64,000 bases of DNA, taken from Antedon mediterranea (taxonomy: Eukaryota > Animalia > Echinodermata). The stretch spans positions 5,761,812 to 5,825,811 of the forward strand of contig NC_092675.1 in the NCBI RefSeq assembly GCF_964355755.1, in the 5' to 3' direction. The notes under the pieces are model-generated. The model was not told where the DNA came from. It saw only the letters and a program-made list of their open reading frames with translations, and searched no databases. Both the position numbers and the translations under genes were made by a program. The first letter of the stretch is position 1. Each line of letters opens with the position of its first letter. Shown piece after piece: positions 50,401 through 63,700 of this stretch.

Positions 50401-53400
50401 TTGGTTATCCGCTCTTGGCGGATAACCCCTTGTTATTGTCAGGATCTTTTTTTTTTTTTTCTTTTTTTTCTATTTTCTTCTTTCTTTCCAAGAATTTTGT
50501 TGCACGCATATCTCTAATTCTGGCTAACATAAGATTGTAAAACTTTGTCATAAGATTGACCTATATCTGTAGATGTGCAAGAAACTTAGATTTTTTATTT
50601 TCGAGTTGCGCAGCGTAAGTTACGCGCAATTTTATGAATTTCAATGATTGATCATAGATTAAAAACCAAAAGTCATTTTGTATTGAAACTTGGTGAAAAT
50701 TTAAGTCATATCAAGCTCAAACTTTCTATGGATTAAAAATGGCATGTTGCGCAAAACGTTACGCGTGCACGCGCGTTTAAAATTTTAAATTGCGAAAATT
50801 CAACTTCTAATCAACTTTCTACGCGTTTCATGTCATTTTGAGCTTTACAAAAATTCCCACGCGTGCGCAATTTTTTTACGCGCGCGTGCGCACGTAGCTC
50901 AAAAACAATTTTTTTTTGCTTGATTTTTGTTCTTCCAGCCTTTTCTAGTAATTTCACCAATTTTTATACAATTTCGACTTAATATCACGTCATACGAGCA
51001 CGTAGAAATTGACAATTTGCGCGCATTTTTGAAAAAAAAGTTCAGAAATTCGTCAAAATTATGCCTTTTTTTAAACAGTCATAAATTCTAAACTACGTGG
51101 TGAACTTTTTTTAAATTACATATTCTGGAAGTAGATGAGTTGTGTTTATCGAATTATGCATTAATATGGCTAACCAAACATTATAACGTCATCGTATGGC
51201 CACTCAAATATAAAATATAGAATTTTTTTCTCTTTCGTCATAGCTTGTCACATTTAATAGAGCGCATCTTTACTTATCCGTATTCCATTTCCCTCAATTT
51301 TTTTGTATTATCTAGGTCAATCAATTATCTTTTACATGATTTACCATTTTTTAAATTGTGATAACGTCATCATGTCCAAAAGCGTCAAAAACTTTGGTCA
51401 CTTATTTTCACCTATTCTGAACTGTATGTAGTACGTATACAGTATAATAGTGTATACTGTATACTTAGACGTGACGCAAGCTAGAGAGCGCACTAAAAAT
51501 TTTTCAATGGTATAAGCGTTTTTTCTGTGTGCAATATTCTAACGTATGACGTGCACGTGGCGTTTGCACTTCGGAAAACCTGAATCAAATTCGATTATTT
51601 TTGTCTTTTTTCTTTTTTTTTTCTGGTACGAGTGAAATTAAAAAATGCGCCAAATTAATTTCTATTTAATTTGCGTACATTTCAGGTCACTTTGAGCATT
51701 TCAAAATTATCTAAATTGTTTGCGGTTTGCGCACGCACTTGTACGCACAGCTCGTACAAAGCGTAGAAAAATTTTTTTTGCAATTGATTTTTTTGGTCAT
51801 AGGCCTACGTTCACGATTTCTTTCATTTTCATGCATTTTTATTGCAAATTAACGATGCACTTGCATGTTAAACTTTATAAATCGTGTGCTAAAGAATGGG
51901 TAATATAATACGAACTTGTGCAAAAATATACTTATTTTGATTCAGTTCTAGCTTCTTAGGATGGCAGGTTACCCATTTTTTTAAATGTATTATAGAAGCT
52001 AAATCAATTAATGTACAATTTGCACCTAAAGGATGTTCTGGCGTCACCATATGGCCACTCGAATTTTAATGATAGATTTTGTATTAGTTAATCCCATTTA
52101 ATAGAGCGCATCGCGCTAATGCGTTTTAATGTTCTTGACAAATCAATTTTCTTTTACACATGAGTTAACAAAGTGACCCACGTGATTAAAACTTAAGGAA
52201 ATTATTGAATTGTATATATGAAGTCTTATACAAATTTTGTCTATCTGATTTCATGACGTCATTATATGGCCAGTTGAATTTAAAAAGTCAGATTTTCATC
52301 TCTTTCGTAAAAATTAATCGTGTTTAAAATAGAGCGCATCTCAAGTTAACGTTCCCAAAATTTTTCAAATTTGTATTAATGTAATTATTTAGATAATTAA
52401 ATTATATAACATATACAGTGTATTCTGTAATATGCTGTCATAAAAATTTTCCTATGGGATGCTGCGAGGTGATGCTATGGGGTCATGCTATTAGGTCATG
52501 GTATGGCCAGTAATTGGAAAGGTAGGATTTTTATTTGTTTTTTGGCATAGTTCATCACATATTACGCATCTCAGTTGTACGTGCCAAATTTAATTATTAT
52601 TATTTATATTATATTATTTAATTATGTTATCGTTGAGATGAAATATTTTCAGAAAATAAACATACTTTTATGTTTCATTTTGATGACATCAAACAATTTT
52701 TTCTCCCGTAATTTCAGTTCTAAACACAATAATATATTACAGTACAACTAGTTACAGAATTAATTATGTGTGAATAATAATAGCAATTTATTGTCTCCTC
52801 TGGTCTATGTATTGATCCAATGGAATCTCAGTTACAGTGAAACTTACTCCAATAGATATAAAAGATAAAATAGATAAAACTAATATCACCACACCATAAC
52901 TGTTAAAAATAATCTTTTATTTCAAACAAATTGAAGAAAATTTACAATAAGTATAAAATAATTTATATGTATTTATAAAAGCTTTCATTGGTTATTGCAA
53001 ATTGTACCAAATTGTCAACATATAGTAGCCTTTTTATACTATACAGTAGTTTATTTCGTGATCAGTAATTTTACTTTACATTATATACATGTTAGTTTGT
53101 CAGTTGTAGATTCATTACACTTTTATTTTTTGATTTATTTATAGAAGATTCTTATTTTTTTAACAATCATTAATATAATTGATAATTTAATCATTTGCCG
53201 CGTTTAGACAATAGTTATGAAAGAGCGAATGACTGCATTACTGACTGCCTAAAAATCCGGATCCTATTATAATTGAAGAGATGAAACCATTCTATTGAAC
53301 ACCTAAAAACCAAAACAAACAAATTTTTGCAAATGAGCAAATTTATTTTATTTATTTATTTTATTTTATTCAGTTAACAACCAACAGCAATGAAACCGCC

Positions 53401-53429
53401 ACTAACAGGTTGAATCTAAATTACTGTAT

Positions 53430-54450
53430 TAGCATTGGTAATCGTATAAAACAAAACGTATTTTCTTCTTCTGTTAAATGTAACTTTATTTTTAACATTA
53501 CTTGAATACCGGTAGACATAGCATATTCAAATTCAGAACAATATTTATAATAATATATCTCACTTAAAAACAAGATTAAAATGTATTTACTCACCAGATA
53601 TTGTTTCTCCTATACAGGAGAATGACATGGCTTGAAGTTACAGATTATTCACTGCCACTCGTGCATAGATAATAAATCGATTATTTTTGCAAATGAGTAA
53701 ATTACTGTATTAGTAATTTAATGTGGTCCTGGATATATAGAAAAAATAATATAAAAAACAATTATACAACTGAAATTATGTATAGACCTAATGAAGTATT
53801 GGCAATCGTATAACACAAAACGTATTTTCTTCTTCTGTAAAATGTAACTTTTTATTTTTAACATTACTTAAATACCGGTAGATATTGAAAGATTATTATT
53901 TGCACAGATTGCAACATTACATATTCAAATTCAAAACAACATTTATAATAATATAACTCACTTAAAAACAAGATTAAAATGTGTTTACTCACCAGATATT
54001 GTTTCTCATATACAGGAGAATGACATGGGTTGAAGTTACAGATTATTCGCTGCCTCTCTTGCATAGATAATAAATTGATTATTCTTCTTGCAAATGAGTA
54101 AATTACTGTATTAGTAATTTCATGTAGACCTGGATAGATAAAAAAAAAATAATATAAAAAACAATTATACAACTGAAATTATGTATAGACCTAATGAAGT
54201 ATTGGTAATCGTCTAAAAAAAAACTTTCTTCTTCAGTAAAATGTAACTTTCATTTTTAACATTACTTGAATACCGGAAATATTGAAAGATTATTATGTGC
54301 ACAGATTTACAACATTGCATATTCAAATTCTGAACAATATTTATAATAATATAACTCACATAAAAACAAGATTAAGATTAAGATTTCGCCTATACAGGAG
54401 AATGAAATGGGTTGAAGTTACAGATTATTCGCTGCCCCTCGTACATAGAG
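53430..54450. repeat. ~395-bp tandem repeat (about 2.5-3 copies), homolog of 16190-17345
   Basis: TATACAGGAGAATGA.ATGG.TTGAAGTTACAGATTATTC at ~53611, ~54010 and ~54391. Confidence 0.9.
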
Positions 54451-54776
54451 AGTCAAATGATTTTCAGCTTGTTTTTATCAAATTGGTTTTTTTTTTCTTG
54501 ATTTGTTTCCAGTTTTGTTTTCAATTCTTAAAAAGTTTTTATAGTATTCTGCTGGATGATTTTCCTGTTTATTATATATTAATATATTTTTGACGTTCTT
54601 GACCACGCTTGCACATAATTATAGTGATAGGCCTAATAGTATTTCATTTTGGTTTTTCAGTTTTTCTCCATTTCATAATGTAAGAATGTAATGAACAAGT
54701 TGAAATAATAATGCTATGCAAGTTCAGTTTCTATTTACTAAAATATAATTCAAATACTTAAAAACCATTGATGCAA

Positions 54777-57700
54777 TTAAAATTTAATTTGAATGGCTTC
54801 ATGATAGCTATAATAAATTGGAATTACTTCAGCCTGTACTGAATCAAGACCTTTGCTATAAACATGATCAATCAATGTATTGTTTTCAGTTGTAGAACAT
54901 GTAACATGTTGTTTGTACTCATTCTCTGCCATTAAATTATTCACTCTGGAAGATTGTTTGAAAAGATTTTCATTAAAATCACCCATTACAATACATTTTG
55001 TGCTCATTTTATGTAACTCTTCCAAATGTTTTCTCAAATTTTGACAGAATTGATTAATATCATAACTTGGGGGTCGATAAATTACTGACACGGCAACAGA
55101 AATCGGACTTGTTATTAAAAATGAAACTGCTTCAATATCATTATTACATATGTTTAATCTGCTTGAGGACGTATTCTTTGCATACACTGCAACTCCACCA
55201 TGAGCCTGATGTTTTATTTTGGAACTGAGATCATTTGTATTAGAATACGAATCATACCTTGCTTGGTGATACAATTTATACGGCTCAATGCGTACGTCAA
55301 AAAAATCATCATCCTTGTTTAACCATGTTTCAGTTAGACATATGATATTAGAATTCATAAACAAATCATTACACTGAAGATCAACAAAATGTTGTTTAAG
55401 CCCTTGAATGTTATGTAACATTATTGAAAATCTAGAAGCCGAATCATGACCTTGTTTATCACATTGTACGTATGAATCCATATTATTTAAGCACTTTTTT
55501 ATGTTTGGATCACAATAAATCAGACTAGGTTTAAAATTTTCAATAGTAAGTCCAGTTATTGAAGTAACACGACTGAGGCCTACATATGCTTGACCATGCG
55601 TAAAAGTATCTTTAAGGCAAACCACTGCTTTATCCATTGTCATTCCTTGCACTTTATGAACTGTGCATGCATATGCTAATTTGAGAGGAAATTGTTTTCG
55701 ACTGTATTTTTTCCCCATAGATTCTTTAAACATTTCAATTGCCTGAATACCAATGTCATTATTGTCAAATTTTACTTTAATAGATACTGGTTCGGTGTTA
55801 TGATCAGGTTTGACTATTTCATCAACATGTCCCATACATCCATTCGTTAAGCCTTTTTTAACATCTACATTTTTAATCAACATCACTCTGGCATTAATTG
55901 CAATCCACAAATAGTTTAGTAAACTAGTTTGACGTGAATTCCGAGGTTTGTCACAATTTTTGCTCTGTTTCTTGCTATTTACTACACTATCTTCTGCTTT
56001 AATGCATACAATGTCTGTACAGGTTTTGTGCAACATTTTTTTATTCCATTCATCAACTTGTTTGTTGCGTGGGTAAATATGAACAGCATCTTCACATTCT
56101 TCACCTGTTTCACGTGATTTTAGAACTAATAAATCGTTATCAGACAAACAATCATGTTTTTCTTTTGTACGCAATTTGTTTAACAATAAAGCAAATTGTT
56201 TATCTTCTTTTTGCCTCATGATTTGATCTAACTGTACTTGCTTAAAGTTATCTATCCACAGTGAGCTTTCCAATGTGTCTTTATATAACGAACTGCCCAT
56301 CACCGGGGGTAACTGATAAAAATCACCAACAGCAATTACTGAAATGTAACCAAATGGACTATCGTTGCGTACTTGTTTTATTTGCCTTAATCGTCCGTGG
56401 ATATACCAAAGTAACCTTTGATTTACCATTGATATTTCATCTATAATAACAATTTGCAACTGGCCCAATTTATTACGAAGTGCACTTATTTTTTCTTCTC
56501 CAAGTGGTTGATACGGAAGTGAAATATTAATCGGGATAGACAAAGCGCTATGAATTGTTTGGCCTTTAATATTATATGCTGCGATTCCTGTAGGAGCTAA
56601 TTTCAATATTGACAAATCATCGGGATTTTCCATAATCTTTCCAAGAATACGTGTCGCTTCATTATAAATACAATTTACCAAATGACTTTTTCCTGTACCA
56701 GCGCCTCCAGTTATGAAAGTGTAAAATGCTTCAGGTTTGTTACCATTAACTTTGTCTAAACACCATTGTCTGGTCTTATAAAATATATGTTGTTGTTTTT
56801 CATTTAAAGATCGAATCATTTTGTTCAATTCTGGTCTTGGAATATTAGATGAATTAGACTCTAATTTAGATGTAGGATTTTTTTGAATTCCAAAATCTGG
56901 AATGAAAAATTCATCTTCTTCATCATCAACCTCTACATTTGGCTTTGGGTTGTCTAACCTTTCTTTTTCGCTTTCTGGACATAATAGGCTCCATGCATCT
57001 TCTTGTGGTCCAAATTTTGATAAACATTCCTGTGCTTCTTCAACATCATCAGCACTTTTTTCATATTGTTCCCTGTTTCCATGAACTATTGACTTTACCG
57101 TTTGTAATTGACAGCCACATAATTTCACACATCCTTTCTCATGAAATTGTTCATACGTTTCAAAATTTGGAGGTTTTAACTGTTCATCTTTTCGAAATGG
57201 TAGAAATAACTGAAGTATACTCAAAAAATATTTCTCAGGTGCTGTATCCATTGGAAACCGTGGGTATCTTACTATAGCATTACTAGTTCGTGTTCTTTTT
57301 TGGATGAATCCCAACTGTTTTTTTAACTGAAATACATTCTTTTTTTGTTTGTTTCCTTTCATTTCTGATGAACTCAATATTCTATATTCTGAACAAAATT
57401 TTGCAAGGCACATTTTATTAAATTCAGAACTATTAGGTCGAGCTTTATATTTGTCGATCTTATTTGGCAACCATGCACTTACATCATCATCTTCTTTGTT
57501 TTTAATTACACTTAGTGGTAAACTCATTCTGACAGGGTTAGGTCCTACTGGGATAAATTCAACTTTCCTTGAACATTCTTTTAATCTTAAACTACAAACA
57601 CGATAAATACTTTCTTGTGCAGACACTTCTCGATTATTCATATAAACATTACCAAGTTTTCGCAAACTTTGCCTAGCATCTTCATTGCCTTCTTTTACTT

Positions 57701-60700
57701 CTGATGCTGCATGATTTAACAGTAAACCCATTTCACGTTCAGATTTTGACATATATCCTATAACGTAAATTATACATGCATATACATTTGTAATATATTG
57801 AATATCCATATTAGCATTCCATGCTCTCAATAAGGAAGGATTATATTGATTTACCCACACATCTTGAGGGTTTCTCTTTATAACTATTTTTTCCTCAGTA
57901 GCTACACAATTATTTGCTTTCTCAAATGCACTCTGTGTAATACCTAAACTTTGGAAAAGTTCTATTGCATTTTTATATGTTTCTTCATTAGTCACAGCAT
58001 CTTTTACTGAGGTTAACAGCTCCGTTGCTTTTTTATTGTCATCATTATCATCATTGTCTTTATCCACAATTGTAGGTCTCATAACAAATGTATTTCCAGA
58101 AGGTTGTCTGGGAAAGTTAAATCTGCAATTTGTTCCCTTTTTTTTACATGATTTAGAATGTCTTTTACTGTGAATTTGCACACTTTTAACAGTTTCATTC
58201 AGTTCACGATCTACAGTTTCACATGGCACAGCACAAGAAATATATTTATCAACAAAATTAATAACTTCATTATCTTTATCTGTACCAAAAATAGGAGCAT
58301 TTTCAACCCATACTAACATATGAACATGTGGACTTCCTCTCATTTGAAATTCAATTCGGTAAAAATAATCTACGACTTTACCAATAGGCTGTGCTTCAGA
58401 CAAAATTACATTTTTCAAAAAAGTATGAAAGCGTTTGTCAAACATTCTTGCAACAGTCACCGGATTTGATTTCAACAAATTACATTTATCTGCCCATTCC
58501 AATTCTTCAATGTTTCTTTGGTCTCCTGACTGATTTAACAATGTCGTCATTATTTCTTTCCAACGGAAGTCAGCACTTGAGAATGAAAGAAAGAATGTTG
58601 GCTTTCCAATCTGTCTAACCATTGCTATTATATCTTTTTGTGTAGCTTGCCAGTACGGTGGAGTTCCACGAATTTGTTTTAAAAATTTATAACCCTTATC
58701 AGATTTTAAAATCTCCTGAATTTTGGTAACATTTTTTAAATCGGATACAGTAACTTTGCTAAAGTCATCCTTTTTACTTGACCCTTTTCGCAATGCAATG
58801 GAAATACTAGATAAAATTTGTTGAAGTTCATATAAAGATTGAGCATAAAATATGAATTCTGTATTTTGTGCAAACCTGTTATCTATATGCATTAATCTAT
58901 TGTGAAAATAACGTCCAAGTGTTATTTTAACATCTCTCGTATCATGGAATGTTGGTTGTCCTGTTGGAAATAACACTGGAAATGATTTTGCTTCATTGCT
59001 TTTATTACTTAATAATGCAATAGGGCTATTATTTTCACACGGTGCACAACAAATTATTTCATTAAAATATTCATCAACCAAATTTTGTCGCATGTCAACA
59101 GGTTGGAGACTTGTATCAAAGGTAGCACCACACAATTGGTCTTCTACTTCTACCTCTTCTTCTTCAATGTTTTCTACACATGTTTGATTTTCATGTACAT
59201 TAGTATTTGCATTTTCGATGTTTTCTTCAGATAAATAATTATGCCATTCTTCATTAATAGCTATGTCAAAATAGCACTTGTTGTGATCTTGTAAATATCT
59301 AAGAGCTTGAATAACATTGGCAGTGTTAACAAATTTATATTTGTAATAACCTTTGTAAGATAACTTTCGCTTCAATTTTACAGATATTAATTGATCATCA
59401 ACCTGTGGTCTAGGCAGCATTTTTACAGTTTCAATAGTATTTGATGGTACACATACGACTGGTCCATGTATTCCATTCTGTCCACCTTTCGGTAAATTCA
59501 TTAATTTCATAAAAGGAATGTTTAATCCAATCAAATGCTGCTCTAAATTATTTAAACACCTGAGCTCAGGAGGAATATCGTGTAGTTGTAAATTGTTTGA
59601 ATTGGCTTCTGCAGGAACTTTCCCGTTTAACATTTTCCTGTGGCATGTGAAACAATTCCATAAACGACATCTTGGTGATTCGACAAATTGACAAGGTTTA
59701 TTACATTCATTATTGCAAAGATGCAAATACTTTTCATTTATACAAGCCTTATTTTTGTATTTAGCTTTGATGCACTTCATAACTTGATCTTTGAATAACA
59801 ATTTAAAGCATACACAACAAACATATTCAGGACCACGAGAAACTGTTTCCCTGAAGTTTTCTAAAACAATATTAAAATTAGTGTTTTCTGTTTTGATTTT
59901 TTCCCGATTTTTCATATTTTTCTTAATGATTTTTTTCCGGAACCCTTCATCACCATGATACTTTTCTGTAAATCTTTGCTTACATCTTTGACGAAATTTT
60001 GAATTCCCTCGATATTTCTCTGCCAATTTATGCTTACAGTTTTGTCTAAATTTCAAATTACTCCGATACTTTTCTGCCAATTTGTCTTTGCATTTTTGCC
60101 TAAATTTCAAATTACTCCGATACTTTTCTGCCAATTTGTCTTTGCATTTTGTTCTAAATTTTAAATTACTCCGATACTTTTCTACCAATTTATCTTTCCA
60201 TTTTTGTTTAAATTTCAAATTAGTCCGATACTTTTCAACAAATTTTTCTTTACAGTTTTGTCTAAATTTAAAATTACTTTGATACTTCTCTGTCAATTTT
60301 TGGGTAATGTTTTCTCTGAATTGTGAATTACTACAATACTTCTGTGTTAAATTTTGTTTCAAATTTTTTCGAAATTGTGGATCATTGTGATATCTTTCCT
60401 TATTTCTTTGTTTATTATTTTGCCTAGTTTTATGTCTAAACATTGTTTCATTGTTGTATCTATTCTTCATTGTTTCTTTTTTGGTTGTTCGGTAATCCAA
60501 ATCAATGTTGTAGTTATTTTTAGCTTTATTTCGTACCTTAACATTATATTCAGGTTCACATCTATACTTTTTGTGTTGTCTTTCTCTGTTTTCTTTCCTT
60601 TTTTGGAATTTATAATCATCATCACCATATCTTATTTTTTGCGCCTCTTTTACTTTGCGTTTCTTTTCCTCTCTGTATACAGAATCACTTTCATATTTGT

Positions 60701-63700
60701 TTCCGGTTTCTTTTATTTCTTCTGAATTATTTTTTTTTTCTCTTTCCCGTTTAATTTTCTGTCGATTCTTTTCTATTTCTTTTCTAATTCTATAAGATTG
60801 TTTTCGTTTTCCGCTCAATATTTTTACTTTGCTTTCTGAACAAGGTTTTTCATCAGTTTTACTCTTTTTGTGTTTTGGTTCTTTGTCTTCAAATGTGTCA
60901 CAAGTTTCTTTTCCAGTTTGCTTTCGTTTCTTTGTTGTAGAATTCTTTACCAAAAAAATCGCCTCTGTATTTGACAGTTTATTGTGGGATGTCACATTCA
61001 TATCAACTTGTCCTGTTGTTTCCTGAACATTATTTTGACTCACATTGACAGATTCTACTACATTAAAATGCACATTCATGGTGTACAAAATATATATACC
61101 ATTGTCAGTTGTAACATCATCTATTCTTCCCGGCTTTTTAGCAGAAAACAATTGCCACGTCAAAAGTTGATCATTAAATGAATAAATATCTGTATTAAGC
61201 AAGTTTGCCATTGCACTTATTTCAGTATTGGATGCCCACGTTCCATTATCCATTACTCTTTTTTTAAACACATATTCCTTAACTGATCTATATTCGTGAC
61301 TAAATGTATTAATAAATAAGTCATCAGTTTCCAATAAATGATTAGTAATTGCTCTTCTTAAAAATAAATGATTATCTTCAGTCCCAGAAATAATGTATGA
61401 AATTGCACGATAAAAACAATTACCATCACCTGTAATATTTGTAATTTGAAGAGGATGTCCAATCTGACTAGCTCTGTTAATACCACAATTCATATCGGTA
61501 TGTTCACAATGAATGCCTAATTTATTACACATGTTTTTCTTTTGTGCTTCTGAGGTAGGAATAAATTTAAAATTCTCGTCAGGTCTTTCTGCATACTGAA
61601 CATTAACAATTTCAATATCACTATCACTTTGCCATCCATTACTTGATGAGACATGACCTTCTTTATTATGTTTTTTGCCTTTAACGTTAGAATCAATATT
61701 CTTGTCTGGTAATCTTGTACTACATTTATACTGATAAGAGGTACTAGGTTCATCAACGTCGACGTTTCCCAAGTTTCTTTGTTCACAATTATCATCGAGC
61801 ACAGAAGCGGAACATAACATCATAGACTTATTTTCAATATTTACACCAGTCAGTTCAAACTCGGTTTCATGTAAATTACAGTTCATTGACCTTGCTAATC
61901 TTATACAATAATCGTACACACCTTGCCACGATGGACTGTAAAGTAAAATACTCTTTCCATGTTCACTAACACAACCAAATCGATCTCTTGCATGTGGATC
62001 AAATATAAGAAATCCATTTACACGTTTGATAATAGAAAATGTGCTTCTGTTGAAATTCATAAAAAATGCATCATGTTGGTGTAATTCTTGTTCAAGAGCT
62101 TGGTTTAATGACAAGGCTCCATATTCAGCCATAAATTCGAGATTCCCATCTATTATGCCAAAAACTGATTCTTTGGGAGATATTACAAATGTGTTATCCA
62201 AGATATCCAATTCTTTCGGCAGTTCAGAAATCATTAAAAGGTCCTCGTGCATAGTGGAATCTTTCTGAATGTAACGGTACAACTCGTTTCCAAGAGTCAA
62301 TATTGTATCAAGGTCTTTGGTGTAAAATTCATTTCCATTCCTCTTTGTAGAATAAAGAATAGCTACAAGACTATTTGCAACACACTGTTTACCACTTGCA
62401 AAGCCAAATCTATAATTCCCTTGATTAAAATTACCCTGTGCTACAGTTATATTTTCATTACTATTATATACTTGTAATTCATTTATTGATTGTGTTTTCT
62501 GCCTTTTTCGTGTATTTTTTTGTTTTGGTACATCATCGATTATCAATTCTTCCGAAAAATTACTTTTTGTTAAAACTTCAATATCCACATCGATAGTATG
62601 TTGGTCACATTTAGGTTTAGTATGGGACCTAATTTTTTCAGTCACTGCTTTTTTGAATCCGTCATCAATTATCAATACTTCATTTTCCTCAAATTCACAA
62701 CTTGCACATGTTTGATTTTTATGATCTGTACCATTACTATCAATTATTCTACTTCTGTCATTCATTTTGCTATTATTTTGTGCTTTCGCATCGTCAGTCG
62801 CTGTGTTGTCGTTTTCTACAGTACATTCCATTTTAAAATCCTCGTCAGTTTTCGTTTCAGAATTGTCATTATTACCCATGTTCTTTATATCTTTCATAGT
62901 ATCGCAATCATTCTTTAAATTCACATTACCTTGTGCTTTTTTGTTATCAATCCTCTTAGTTTTGACAAAACGACCCTTGTTATTTCGTAAACGTTTCGAA
63001 CCACCACCTGATTGTTGTTGTATTCCGTGCGTTACTTTTGTATTTTTCAAATCATCACACATAGGCCTACCACTGTCGTCAATTATTGTTTGTGAATTTC
63101 CCAATATATTCGTTTTACCATTTTCTTTGTTGTATTCTCTGTAAGTAGTTGTATTCATATTCCATTCCATTTTTTTATTATTTTGTCTTTCATAGAAATC
63201 TTTTACACCTTTGCCAATATATTTTACACCTGGTTCTATACTTATACCATTTATAACGCGCTTTCTCCTTTTCTTATTTCCTCTATTTTTACATCTTTTT
63301 TTTCTGTTGTCGGTTCTTTTCTTTGATCTTACTCTGATCCAATCACTACCAAGTAAATCTTCACTTTCTGTTTGTTGACATTTTAATATTGCATTATTAT
63401 AACGTTTTTCTTTATTTTTCGTTAATTCTGGAAAGTCTGAAGTGACAGATTCATCAGGTTCTAGAATCGTATATCTATTGAAATGACAGGGAATACCTAT
63501 TTCGCCAAACATGTTATCAACAAAATTATTATTCCCACACATTGAACAAATCCAAATTACCCGGGAATTACATAGTTTGTCTTCAAAAACATCTCTTACA
63601 CATTTCACATGAAAATATTGACTACAACAGTCACATGTTATGCAATTGTCGTCTACTTTCACTTCAATATTACAGAAATCGCATGTATCATCAAACTCTG

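Noticed and set aside
7000-52000. Many short ORFs recurring in HINE units (e.g. MRSCANFLWIKNG..., MVIRTWRITPCYC...)
   Set aside because: They arise from repeated non-coding sequence with alternative starts and poly-T runs; frames are not preserved across units.
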